IMG/VR virus record: IMGVR_UViG_3300042358_000005
Coordinates: 1-64,000 of that record
From: a virus
Lineage: Duplodnaviria; Caudoviricetes
DNA: 64,000 nucleotides
Direction: 5' to 3' (one strand)
The notes below the pieces were generated by a model. It searched no databases. It was not told where the DNA came from and saw only the letters and a list, made by a program, of their open reading frames with translations. Below, in pieces: positions 58,301 to 64,000 of the stretch. Position numbers and translations under genes: made by a program. Within the stretch, counting starts at the first letter, position 1; each line of letters starts with the position of its first letter.

Positions 58301-59381
58301 TTCTATTCTAGGAAATAAATATAAAGGCATTAGTGCAAAACCTGAGCATCCATTATTTGATAATATCATTCTTAATTCAATCAAGATGGAAGCTGGTACC
58401 AAAGAAGGTAAAGCTGATAACTTATATATTGCAGGAAGAGATAACAAAGTGTATGATCAAAACTTAATCATATATGGATTTGATGAACTAAGAGCAAACT
58501 TAGGAAATGAAGGAAAAGATTTATATGGTAAACTTGTTAGACTTGCTGTATTACAATCAGGTGTTACTAATTCTCCAATAGCATTCACTAACCTTCTTCC
58601 TTATAATGATTTCAAAAATATCTATAATGAAACCTTGTCTGGTTTGGAAAATATGCCTAACTTAGCTGACTTCAATAAATTACATGTGTTTGAAAGAAAC
58701 AACTGGAATAATTCTACTATTATGCCATTCATGAGAGTGAGGATGACGTTAGGTAAAAACTATGAAGGGAAAGCTAATCTATATGATGCTAATGCATATT
58801 TTACAGATGTGAATTTAAAGACAGCAATTAAAGAGGGAAGACTTCCTAAAGTTGTAGGTATAAGCCCTTATGGTGATGGAAGAAATGATTTTCTTACATA
58901 TAGCTGGGAAGAGAGTATTCCTTATGCTGAAAGAGTTGCAAGAAAGAAAAGTGGAGATCGTTCTCATATACACAAAGTACTAATGCAAAAAGTATATACA
59001 ACAGATGATAAAGGTAATCGTATACCATTAATTCAAGTATCTACAGGAAAAGACGGAAGAACTTATACAAAACATATATTTAAAGCTATCAATGCTTGGG
59101 GTGATTCATTCAGAGCTCAAGAGTTTTATGACTATGAAAGATCTTCTGTATTAGATAATGATTACGATAAAGTACAAAAAGTAACAGATATACAAGGTAA
59201 ACAAATTGAATCAGGAGAAGTGACAGATGATGAAGTGGTAAGAATCTTTAGAAACGAAGTTGCTGGAGAAACACAAGTTGCTCAACCTGAATTATCTGTA
59301 AGTGAAAAACCTGAAGAATTAACCCAAGAAGAATGGGATGGTCTATCAGATGAAGAAAAAAATAAAATAAAAGAATGTTAA
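46395..59381 (+). CDS. Virion-packaged DNA-dependent RNA polymerase polyprotein (phi14:2 gp66-like)
   Basis: 4328 aa; GYRIPTQ and catalytic GSDFDIDKL (56715-56729); zincin-like AYHEVFE..EELAEEF. Confidence 0.9.
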   Translation: MAENNLESKDIAQAGKELGPVPTHLDVQTPLLDRLDLENQFGGYEAPSAPSPLPTYSSPENVYEAPTILSSDRQEEGESLKSLENFLLTKSDTKPGGSITRTLAEVSSNRYDNFVPGDYNNEDAYAQGQGFGSKMVNGVGKGLLLTGTTFLQGTVGLVNGLARWGSDGRFASFYDNEFNRNLDDINKKAEDALPNFYTDREKNGKWYSPDYFMTGNFLWDGIVKNMGFAAGAYLTGGVYSAGLKGLASLPGASRLLSMGRAAEAVAASEEALIGLDKGSEAYGKIKALSDSYLKQYQILDKGHRAVVAGLSTSGEAGFEAYQNLNDFRNQKIEEYKNLNGGVAPQGADLAKINALADGVGNSSFAANVALLSATNYIQFPKILGSSYSAEKGIMNNVTREIGDITEVAGKYAAKEGKSKLLNTFNTVRPYLFSTSEGFEEGAQYAIQMGVKDYYNKKYNNVATDWLDAVSTGITETVGTDEGAKNILIGGLSGALMMAKGTYKQGREESANTAKAIEQFNQFRLSDFTKETIDSVNRGTVLQQEREKLLKEGNISDSKDKETDYIINYLTPRIKFGRFDLVTSEIADYRALASSKTGFDQLVEDGKALPTDTREAYLARLNSFEQTANNVKSLYQSLNLRYGAKVNAEGKQLYTPAVVDKMIYAATKISDYEQRIPGLSTKLITNVDNVSQILQDVSEGNLDSFNGAMSKLEGSKLVNKEDLIEALDDAAYMTMKRDILLKEYDSMKKSPENFQEQTQSFEEIQADAASKEKIKVNTKNGEREVEIGTEYVLGKVTEYSAGGREVYRQPRLTILAKNEDGTIKIKTSNGVIKDISEDELNSYSLTPASKMLTDKKFNYFEKHQNTVFQHYGIKKKNGDPVQGRLEYNDKKGKLTFVYVDENGEVQKEEVWNTLFKAQGEYKYPMIRRLGNLTAAQDKAQLEFENTETTVSDKLQTRNRIIRDLYETSVKRLDEINKKLNNSKASLEKEQLRLENEISKESVTKTGALRKRPTTTLKQLTNTLGNLRSVVEKENKALLSEKQELEASIPYFKEFLDSLSTLPEAGAKMIKQIKDDINALEELIDITNDAIVASDKLLKQIDDLLQKALSIFDDYLTRLKEENPNTPLFIEQLKENIEKYLGEEGARMFVEDRLGFTEKVLELESDINDFSAELKIPELSKKADRLVEDIKELREGLDNLINEQIAKGKILDTFQQFAEDEKAREAEEKQMRDNEALKKSFLGTLTNSVQNFFGTRPYEAASKKTDLGVVGSTKPTKDEIPHQERVNFFGNKIDSFENKDQLKGVIVTANTENEIIAGLTEDFLKDMPEGPKKDKAREEIIFLVMVQDNNDNSFSVVDQTGQPILEDENKINNAIYQVFPSADLMGEYDGVKSSMFREGINDVLKESLTNQYVEWRAEQLDKPTLGDAQSVSASFGQPKLVTYKDQAGNDIVDKGARTSAQAAGLVTQSGLRKNPIVEVAVTNESVSEGSVTFESPTGRVFLRLPGRGLAKLFNRKFNDKEANTIFDVMHQITKNALRDGEINDSSKELFNWLKSVTYWGIAKYPDGKRKAAGYNNIWFEKDGEGVLRLFMSGLNKDSKKAFEFTPTGMQDNKEAIVMLLKEMYNNTDSVKVNGDGWSNPYYEITNIDSEGNPVTREWPNYQTYLLSDKAPDANGKLSIDRTNKELPLATQFRPITESQPINREGIYFSLDDSGSRFKKPQPVAIVEQPVVAPAAITVPATKEFNDDGETPNTIVHDTYGDIVFTLDKEGEVKLDLEGSTNAIVELAKKKTATGSSQEEAENWAGVNLVKSIKSKLSVPAVVTTVEPAIEFNNTTPVVINNDLGTIVYTADKDGKVTLDLEESADAIMKLAETKVGPTMTQEEAENWAGVNLTKSIEKKIAGQLVQQQVPVLPPVADVAPIIEAPVQTEEIIEEAPKAIEEGDVDWNTPAKPKGKKKLYRLQVLDQVSKITTEDWANVEKFIAKVMPNIPLYRVKNIIQATNGRQAYGMLHDAAIYVYEGAEVGTAYHEVFEAVWKMFAGPAEKQLIIDEFRNRKGSYVDRFTGETVEYSKATNEQLKEELAEEFREAVLEGKSVDRSEKYQGKSLIGKLFNDMINFIKEFFYGKNAAANTQALFDRIGNGYYAQYNPFETKLSYANSGIIDINQVTATDESEYRLKIKNIPAKQVHDIIQQMTYSTLSNLAESKKSLFEVQKPKRGELYSRLKREVLEDCIIASRDELYESVARKEQTLEQITPQINNLKDLFDKIKEEWPAIVEKHEEHLKSYSIEFDENDDLNINDEDNSGKGDYVNARQVDSFRKANSVIKLLLATLPKTKLLKGEIVPEVSTIGGVMLMPADQAFITLMNTLHSSVNIDDMFNRLRTMAKANPNYDVLYRRLTNDSALDKPINFDSLQQHDLQLMTAFWNSMKKQNADVVTVFVLPSGEVVIGNSALSGAARQAKREMLNNITEGIRTDKTNYFYYDKKSKKYNPKELVKRISFNSGQLGQYVAFLQGVGIDFKLSDLEDKTKINPDQLRLFRKAVEGIQQSFSNLEDISTLTAKTLNIDKRLTQLGTIKAILENPDFESTYFNINGERTQSFIGTNSISAMHDVLSQLTNIKQLGDTVKGYAAYNYLLTDKFAKGSVMLSKMFDLAEDGDGGRVAGTEDLMKPVFVDGTIDEQNGNKKESSKLSAKQRLVQEMNLNSGGIFLNLVPGDASIEHAIKMYNDDSPFVTDEAFSNGKYLDIFRDYFTSEVELSRDKRTVVTGRSATDLRFFKAILGDALHNKIMSKTNSKKSSEKVYEENKKEIDNAVKAFIIKEAEDTEVLLRNYGIVTTTAEGIETEGLLLTEDKEISQKELADKLKVLSVNYMIANIEMHKLIYSDPYQYSDELKRIKNFNSPRQALLYGSIKVNAALNNKYNEGYEIDDIGYTDMNVDHFVSTVMEDVFSTDELDEYLKPYEETDGGGYITAKANRVFALRSGQWNDSKEQQYRYDVAYEKTVKGIPLTAEEKAFGIKKVTRASGEEVYVGKNPNMKSFYTPIKPIVSGNKNDGKDYNDIVLDKFALVPLSFRILHEMNPESNAIKMYNKMQRENVDYAVYGTGRKVGTGIATPLYLPSGEFNEASFDELNNIPFSIMGVQTEVPSKDTPLVTQGSQITKLATMDFLEAGVPIDFEIKDAKGNIITDFNERFAKWTSFKTEAEKEKVSLLYKEIANNQKLLEAKIEQGYKTLLKKLGITQGVNKKGEPTFTILNKDKLVNTLRDEILKREVNDNIIDALEGFKDGDVVLEATPAYQQIRNILYSIADKNVVRPKISGGQKVQISSTLFESTRIEGKEFKDKNGVTKYRYLSDILNFYKNEDGKRVCEIMVARWFDNAQTKKMTDTELLNYLNNTKEGKSILAGIGYRIPTQKQNSIDSFVIKQFLPKDFGDSVVIPSALVKKVGSDFDIDKLSIYLKNTFTNKQGDLTNIPYFGIGQQAIDKFIKMYDDGELNGYINSKKDALPVGEAEDRLMESMFAENYSIQKDDIINELYQKSLENAYIQSLQNLVSHELNFDNLVKPNSADEMKDLSIDINKEMGNPEIDYGAVGNMLSRGFMSSLRQAFVSGKYAIGIAATGQTNHADNQRTATYIDFDKLKDVDPVDREILGGNPKSNIFARDPNVNFEAYNSIVIDGVNRPTLAMVKNQAGKYISDIIGQFIDGYVDISKGPWIMRLGATPNVTSSWLFLIKLGVPADTVAYFMNQPIVKDYLRTLENKGYTWLFNDRIMIDTLDVYSSGIPLNQQPTISGIPSEEELFKMLKYNKVGIKTQMSDIQKLQQQYILKEFIKYSKMSSQLFDVVQGSNIDTATINDPYLVFKKMLQLEKARKSIISSVDNLLNSSFKGVLKNTIFNVRDAFAEILISDKPNVRTVMQDVLTPYVKLSDRDFVKVSQKAVNDLFDWAVQTNTGVNVNISNILLGKDDKKSAAQQIIDFKDSILGNKYKGISAKPEHPLFDNIILNSIKMEAGTKEGKADNLYIAGRDNKVYDQNLIIYGFDELRANLGNEGKDLYGKLVRLAVLQSGVTNSPIAFTNLLPYNDFKNIYNETLSGLENMPNLADFNKLHVFERNNWNNSTIMPFMRVRMTLGKNYEGKANLYDANAYFTDVNLKTAIKEGRLPKVVGISPYGDGRNDFLTYSWEESIPYAERVARKKSGDRSHIHKVLMQKVYTTDDKGNRIPLIQVSTGKDGRTYTKHIFKAINAWGDSFRAQEFYDYERSSVLDNDYDKVQKVTDIQGKQIESGEVTDDEVVRIFRNEVAGETQVAQPELSVSEKPEELTQEEWDGLSDEEKNKIKEC
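51612..52087 (+). repeat. Two-copy ~75-aa tandem duplication within the vRNAP polyprotein
   Basis: GxIVxTxDKxGxVxLDLExSxxAIxxLAxxK...QEEAENWAGVNLxKSI occurs twice. Confidence 0.9.
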
Positions 59382-59382
59382 T

Positions 59383-62300
59383 ATGGCACATTGTGTAAAT
59401 AGAAGTTCTAAAGAGTTTAAAGCATTAGCTGAACAATCTAACATCAATCCAATAGTTCTTGCTGCAAAGGTTTCTTTGTGGCAGGAAATTAATGGTTTAG
59501 ATAACTTTCCAAAGATATCAGATATTGTTGTACCAAATGAAACTGCAAAACAAACTTTAGATATAATGAAAGTGGCTGCTACTAAAATGGGCATAGACTT
59601 TGTATCACTTGCAGATTATGCTAAAGCTAATCCAGCCATAGATATAACATCTGTAAATGGACTTGCGGATCTTCTTAAAGGAGTGATAGCTGTTGCACAA
59701 GGAATGGAAGAAGTTGCTACAACTGAAGAAATTGTTCACTTAGCTACAGCTATTCTTGAACAAACTAATCCACGACTTATAACACAACTTATTAGTAAGA
59801 TAGATAGATTTAAAATCTACAATCGAACTTTTGAATTATACAAGAACAATAAGGCCTATCAATTATCAAATGGTAAGCCAGACATTAGAAAGATTAAAAA
59901 GGAAGCTGTAGATAGACTTATAGCTGAGTTAATTGTATACAATACAGAAGGATCTACAGAGTTTCCTGAACTAATGGATGAAGAAACTCGGTCAATGATT
60001 AGACAATGGTGGGAAACTATTCTTGATTATATTAGAGGAGTGTATGGTAAATCTAATATTGATATATTCAAATCTACTGCTGCTCAAGTTGCAACAGGTG
60101 AAGTTGGAGGTACAGTTGCTGATATAAAACAAGCAGGTGTATTCTTTAATTTATCTGATGATGTTAAGACACAGATAGATAATTTCTATAACAATGTTGT
60201 AGAGCATAATGATAAACTTGAATTATTTCCTCAAACAGTTGAGGATACAAGACATTATAAGTATGAAGGAGTTAGAGTGACTAAATCTGTAACAGAAAAA
60301 GTAAAAGAGAAGTTTGGTAAAATATTTACTAGAACAGAAGCTCAGAAGCTTGTAGATGATCAAAAAAGAGACTGGGGATCTGAAGGACATAGATTTATAG
60401 AACAATATATTCTCAACAATCTTATAGATAAAGATGGATATAAAAGAGCGGAGTTTGGTGTTGAACCAATCTCTTCTACACTTAATGGAGCATTACAAGT
60501 ACAACTTGGAAAATTTGCACAAGGATTAATCAATTCATATCCAGCAGGAACTAGATTCCTTATAGAAAAGAAAGTGGTTAATACTAAAGTGAAAGGAATG
60601 ATTGCTTCTGCAGTGGATTTCAAAGCTATATATCCTATCAATAAGAAAGATGGTACCCAAGGCATGAAAATTGATAATCTTGACTGGAAGTTCACATCTA
60701 TAGATAAAAACAAAGATGAAGATATTCCTTGGTATAAAAGAAGAGAGTGGGTTCCTCAAATGGGTGAATACACACAAATAGATTATAATTATGGAGCTAC
60801 AAGAGATCAGATAGGCAAAGCTAGGATGATTCCATTCATAGTGAACTATGATAACACTGTACAATCAGATAAATCATCTCCTCTTATTCCAACAAGTCTT
60901 GAAATAGGTAAGCTTGATTCTTTAACAGAAACAAACTTATACTTACTTCCTGTTCCTACATTAGCTGAATCTACAGGTAATCCACAAGTGGATGCTCTTA
61001 TAACTTCATTACAGACACAGTATGAGAAAATGTTTAAGAAACATGGACCTGAAGAAACTGAGTTTGCTAGAAAACAACAATTGTCTCAACTTAGTAAAGC
61101 TATTCGTAACTTACATATCAAATTAAATTTTGAACCATTATATAATGTTGCTAAAACCTTTTTAGAGAATGCTAAAACTGCAATTTCTGATTTCGAGAAA
61201 TTAGATTATGCAAACTTAGATGAAGCAGAACTTAGTAAAGGATTAAAAGAATTATTAGAATACAGCAAGAGTGCTAATAAGTTTGCTTCTATGGATGAAG
61301 TATTTCTTTCTCAATACCCTAAAGCTGGTATGACAGAAGAGAATAAAAGAACGCTTGATGGACTTGAAGATATTACTAAGAGTACACAAAGGATGCAAGA
61401 TAAAATTCTTGACTTACAAAAAATATTTACAGCTAATATTGCTGTTAAACAAGGAATTGTTTCTGAAGAAAAGAAACTAACAGTAGTAGAAGCTGAAGCT
61501 GCTATAAATGGATTTGCTAAAACTTGGGCTGAGGGAACAAGACTGTCTGCTAAGATAGTTAAACTTGCTTCTAATTTAATTATGAATGCTAGCTCTATGG
61601 TTAATAGAGAAGCAGCTAAACAAATAAAACTATTTGGTAAGCTATTGATTCCATTAGAAGAATCAGCAAGTGCTCAAGGAAAGAATGCATTTGATTTAAT
61701 AGCAACTATGACTCCATCTGGACCTGCATTAGTTAAGAAAATAGATAGAGAGTTCTTAGATAAATTAAAAGAAGCCAGAGAGAATAAGAATAAATCTTTT
61801 CTAATGGATAATATGAATATGACTGAGTTCAATGAACAAGCAAAAAGTTATATTGAAACTAATCTAAAAGTATTAGATAATACTAAGTATTCTTTAGATT
61901 TAGATGAGGATGCTCGCATGAGAGAACTTCAAAAGAAAAATCTTAGAAACTCTATTGATATTAATAAAGATTCATTTAATGGATACACTAATTATAACTT
62001 TATACAATTATCTAATCAAGCGATGATTGAAAAAGGTCATTATTCTAAAGAGTATCAACAAATGGCTAATAACCCAGCTGCATTAAATATGTGGGAGTTC
62101 TTAACAGCATTAAATCAAAAAGGTAAAGACTTAGGTTATCTTCAAAATAACTCTATATCATTCTTTCCATTGATAGAAGCTACTACATTAGAAAAGTTTG
62201 GAAAAACATCAGATGTTATTGCAGAAGCAGGAGATTTCTTTAAAGGATTATATTCTACAAATATAAATGAAGAACAAAATCTTTCTAAAATAGATCCTGA

Positions 62301-64000
62301 AACAGGCAAGGTTAAGAAACAAATACCTAAATATTTTACTAAGACTGATAAGACTTATAATCAATTGTCTACAGATCTTAATAAAGTGGGAAGTCTTTGG
62401 ATCAAAGCATTATTAGATTATGAAAGTGCTATTAATATGGAAGATACTCTTCAGACATTATTAGCTGTAGAGAACGCAAAAGGATCATTAACACTTGATG
62501 AAAATGGAACTGTTCAATTTGATTCTTCTAATGAACCAATATTACAGAAAGAAAATAAAAATGCTGCTATCCTAGAAACTATTATTGATGATAGTTTATA
62601 CAAACTAGAACAAGATCTTGGATCATTAGGTAACATTGGTATATCTACTATTACAGGAAAACTTAGTAAGACAGAAGAAGGTAAACAGAAAGCTGCTGTA
62701 AATATTAAAAAGACATTAAGAAATGCTGACACATTAACAAGAGCACTTGCTGTAGGACTTAAACCTTTAATTTCTATAGCTAACTGGGCTGGTGGTCAGT
62801 TTCAATCTTATATCAACGCTGGTGGATTATATACATTCTGGGGAGATTTTGAAAAGAATAACCTAAAGGTATCAACTAATAAACTATCTCTTATAGAGAA
62901 AGGATTATTACATATGATGGTTCCGTTAACTGAAGATGTTGTTACAGAAGAAAGAAGAAAAATAGCTAAAGAACAAGGATTGATTAAATATCTTTCAACA
63001 TGGTCATTCAGTGATATAATGATGTCAACCAATGCTTTCCCTGAGAAAAAATTACAACTTGCTAATGCATTAAGTATCATTGATAATTCAATGGTAATAA
63101 ATGGTAAAGTGATAAATATAAGACAATATTTAGCTGCTCAAGATAGAGAAAGTAAATATGGTTTATCTGAATCAGAAAGAAAGAACTTAGAGGCTACATT
63201 TGAAGATAGAGTGAAAGCATTAAAAGAAACTTCTTCATTAACTAAGACAGCAATTGTAGAAGGTGATGAAATAGTTATTCCTGGAGTGAGTGATGAAGAG
63301 CTTGCTAAATTTAGAACTCAAATCATTGAATACGGCAGAAAGCTTAATGGTCAAATGAATCAAGATAATAAAGCTGGATATAGAAGAGATGCTATATTTA
63401 GTTCATTCATGATGTTTAAAACATGGATTCCTAAATTAGTTGCTGAAAGAACTACAGACATTACAAAAAATGTTGAGGTTGGTAACTGGGAATATGGTAG
63501 AACAAGAGCATTCATTAAAACTTGGGCCCATTTAGGAACAAGAAACATAATGGCTATGCGAGATATAATCAATGGTACTGATGAAGGATTAAGAATTCTT
63601 GATGAAATGCTACAAGATAAAAGAGATGAGCATTATAGAAAGACTGGTCAAGAGTTAGATATAACTAAAGAAGAATTCTATGATCTTATGAGAAGAGAAT
63701 TAACTAATCAAATGAAAGAGTTAAAACTTTTAGTATTAATTATGGCTACGTTGGTTGCTGCTAAAGCTGCTGAACCACCAGAAGATGCTACAGATCTTGA
63801 GAAGAATAGATATAAGTTATGGGCTAAGATGTTAAACAAAATATCTGATGAGGTAACCTTCTATTATAATCCTTTATCATTTGAAGCTATGACAAAAGGA
63901 TCTATACTTCCATCATTAACATTAGTCACTAAAGTGGAGAGAGTGTTTATTCAATTTAATAAAGAATTTGGTGATGAACCAACTAAAGCATATCCTCAAA
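59383..64000 (+). CDS. Giant virion/cargo protein (>1500 aa, truncated by the window) with a PD-(D/E)xK nuclease-like domain
   Basis: ATG at 59383 (MAHCVNRSSKEF...); no stop seen in the segments translated, and absent from the track as expected for an ORF running off the end; GSEGH..IE..VD..DWK..QMGEY. Confidence 0.8.
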   Translation, partial: MAHCVNRSSKEFKALAEQSNINPIVLAAKVSLWQEINGLDNFPKISDIVVPNETAKQTLDIMKVAATKMGIDFVSLADYAKANPAIDITSVNGLADLLKGVIAVAQGMEEVATTEEIVHLATAILEQTNPRLITQLISKIDRFKIYNRTFELYKNNKAYQLSNGKPDIRKIKKEAVDRLIAELIVYNTEGSTEFPELMDEETRSMIRQWWETILDYIRGVYGKSNIDIFKSTAAQVATGEVGGTVADIKQAGVFFNLSDDVKTQIDNFYNNVVEHNDKLELFPQTVEDTRHYKYEGVRVTKSVTEKVKEKFGKIFTRTEAQKLVDDQKRDWGSEGHRFIEQYILNNLIDKDGYKRAEFGVEPISSTLNGALQVQLGKFAQGLINSYPAGTRFLIEKKVVNTKVKGMIASAVDFKAIYPINKKDGTQGMKIDNLDWKFTSIDKNKDEDIPWYKRREWVPQMGEYTQIDYNYGATRDQIGKARMIPFIVNYDNTVQSDKSSPLIPTSLEIGKLDSLTETNLYLLPVPTLAESTGNPQVDALITSLQTQYEKMFKKHGPEETEFARKQQLSQLSKAIRNLHIKLNFEPLYNVAKTFLENAKTAISDFEKLDYANLDEAELSKGLKELLEYSKSANKFASMDEVFLSQYPKAGMTEENKRTLDGLEDITKSTQRMQDKILDLQKIFTANIAVKQGIVSEEKKLTVVEAEAAINGFAKTWAEGTRLSAKIVKLASNLIMNASSMVNREAAKQIKLFGKLLIPLEESASAQGKNAFDLIATMTPSGPALVKKIDREFLDKLKEARENKNKSFLMDNMNMTEFNEQAKSYIETNLKVLDNTKYSLDLDEDARMRELQKKNLRNSIDINKDSFNGYTNYNFIQLSNQAMIEKGHYSKEYQQMANNPAALNMWEFLTALNQKGKDLGYLQNNSISFFPLIEATTLEKFGKTSDVIAEAGDFFKGLYSTNINEEQNLSKIDPETGKVKKQIPKYFTKTDKTYNQLSTDLNKVGSLWIKALLDYESAINMEDTLQTLLAVENAKGSLTLDENGTVQFDSSNEPILQKENKNAAILETIIDDSLYKLEQDLGSLGNIGISTITGKLSKTEEGKQKAAVNIKKTLRNADTLTRALAVGLKPLISIANWAGGQFQSYINAGGLYTFWGDFEKNNLKVSTNKLSLIEKGLLHMMVPLTEDVVTEERRKIAKEQGLIKYLSTWSFSDIMMSTNAFPEKKLQLANALSIIDNSMVINGKVINIRQYLAAQDRESKYGLSESERKNLEATFEDRVKALKETSSLTKTAIVEGDEIVIPGVSDEELAKFRTQIIEYGRKLNGQMNQDNKAGYRRDAIFSSFMMFKTWIPKLVAERTTDITKNVEVGNWEYGRTRAFIKTWAHLGTRNIMAMRDIINGTDEGLRILDEMLQDKRDEHYRKTGQELDITKEEFYDLMRRELTNQMKELKLLVLIMATLVAAKAAEPPEDATDLEKNRYKLWAKMLNKISDEVTFYYNPLSFEAMTKGSILPSLTLVTKVERVFIQFNKEFGDEPTKAYPQ

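Noticed and set aside
10684-59381. Stop-codon reassignment (TAG/TGA), known in some crAss-like phages
   Set aside because: Long genes are intact in the standard code, TAG ends the portal gene, and no suppressor tRNA was seen
47753-63572. Numerous 60-150 aa minus-strand ORFs in the track
   Set aside because: Antisense to the giant virion genes; no motifs or leaders

Overview
This is a 64 kb portion of an AT-rich crAss-like (Crassvirales-type) phage genome. The host is most likely a Bacteroidota/Flavobacteriia species, inferred from the gene set and TAnnTTTG-type promoters. The standard genetic code is used. Positions 1-8133 are a minus-strand block of small early/accessory genes, a MoxR AAA+/vWA pair, an HNH-like gene and a ~1.4 kb ORF-free RNA cluster (tmRNA, a degenerate tRNA and several unassigned structured RNAs). 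A G-rich strand-switch region lies at ~8140-8460. From 8468 to the window end is the plus-strand virion block: HU/IHF-like genes, terminase, portal, scaffold-like protein, major capsid, tRNA-Met, ring/tail proteins, Cys-rich/poly-Thr fibre proteins, a split tail-stabilisation gene, cargo proteins, a 4328-aa virion RNA polymerase (DFDID motif) and a further giant protein truncated by the window end. The most notable observations are: (1) an unassigned ~420-nt structured RNA plus smaller ones next to a tmRNA with a 34-codon tag; (2) a TCCTTAATAAC motif directly upstream of seven early start codons; (3) Cys-rich modules joined by poly-Thr linkers and shared among seven structural genes; (4) a 21-bp dyad exactly 25 bp upstream of two host-type late promoters. 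All product calls come from motifs and gene order; no database search was run.
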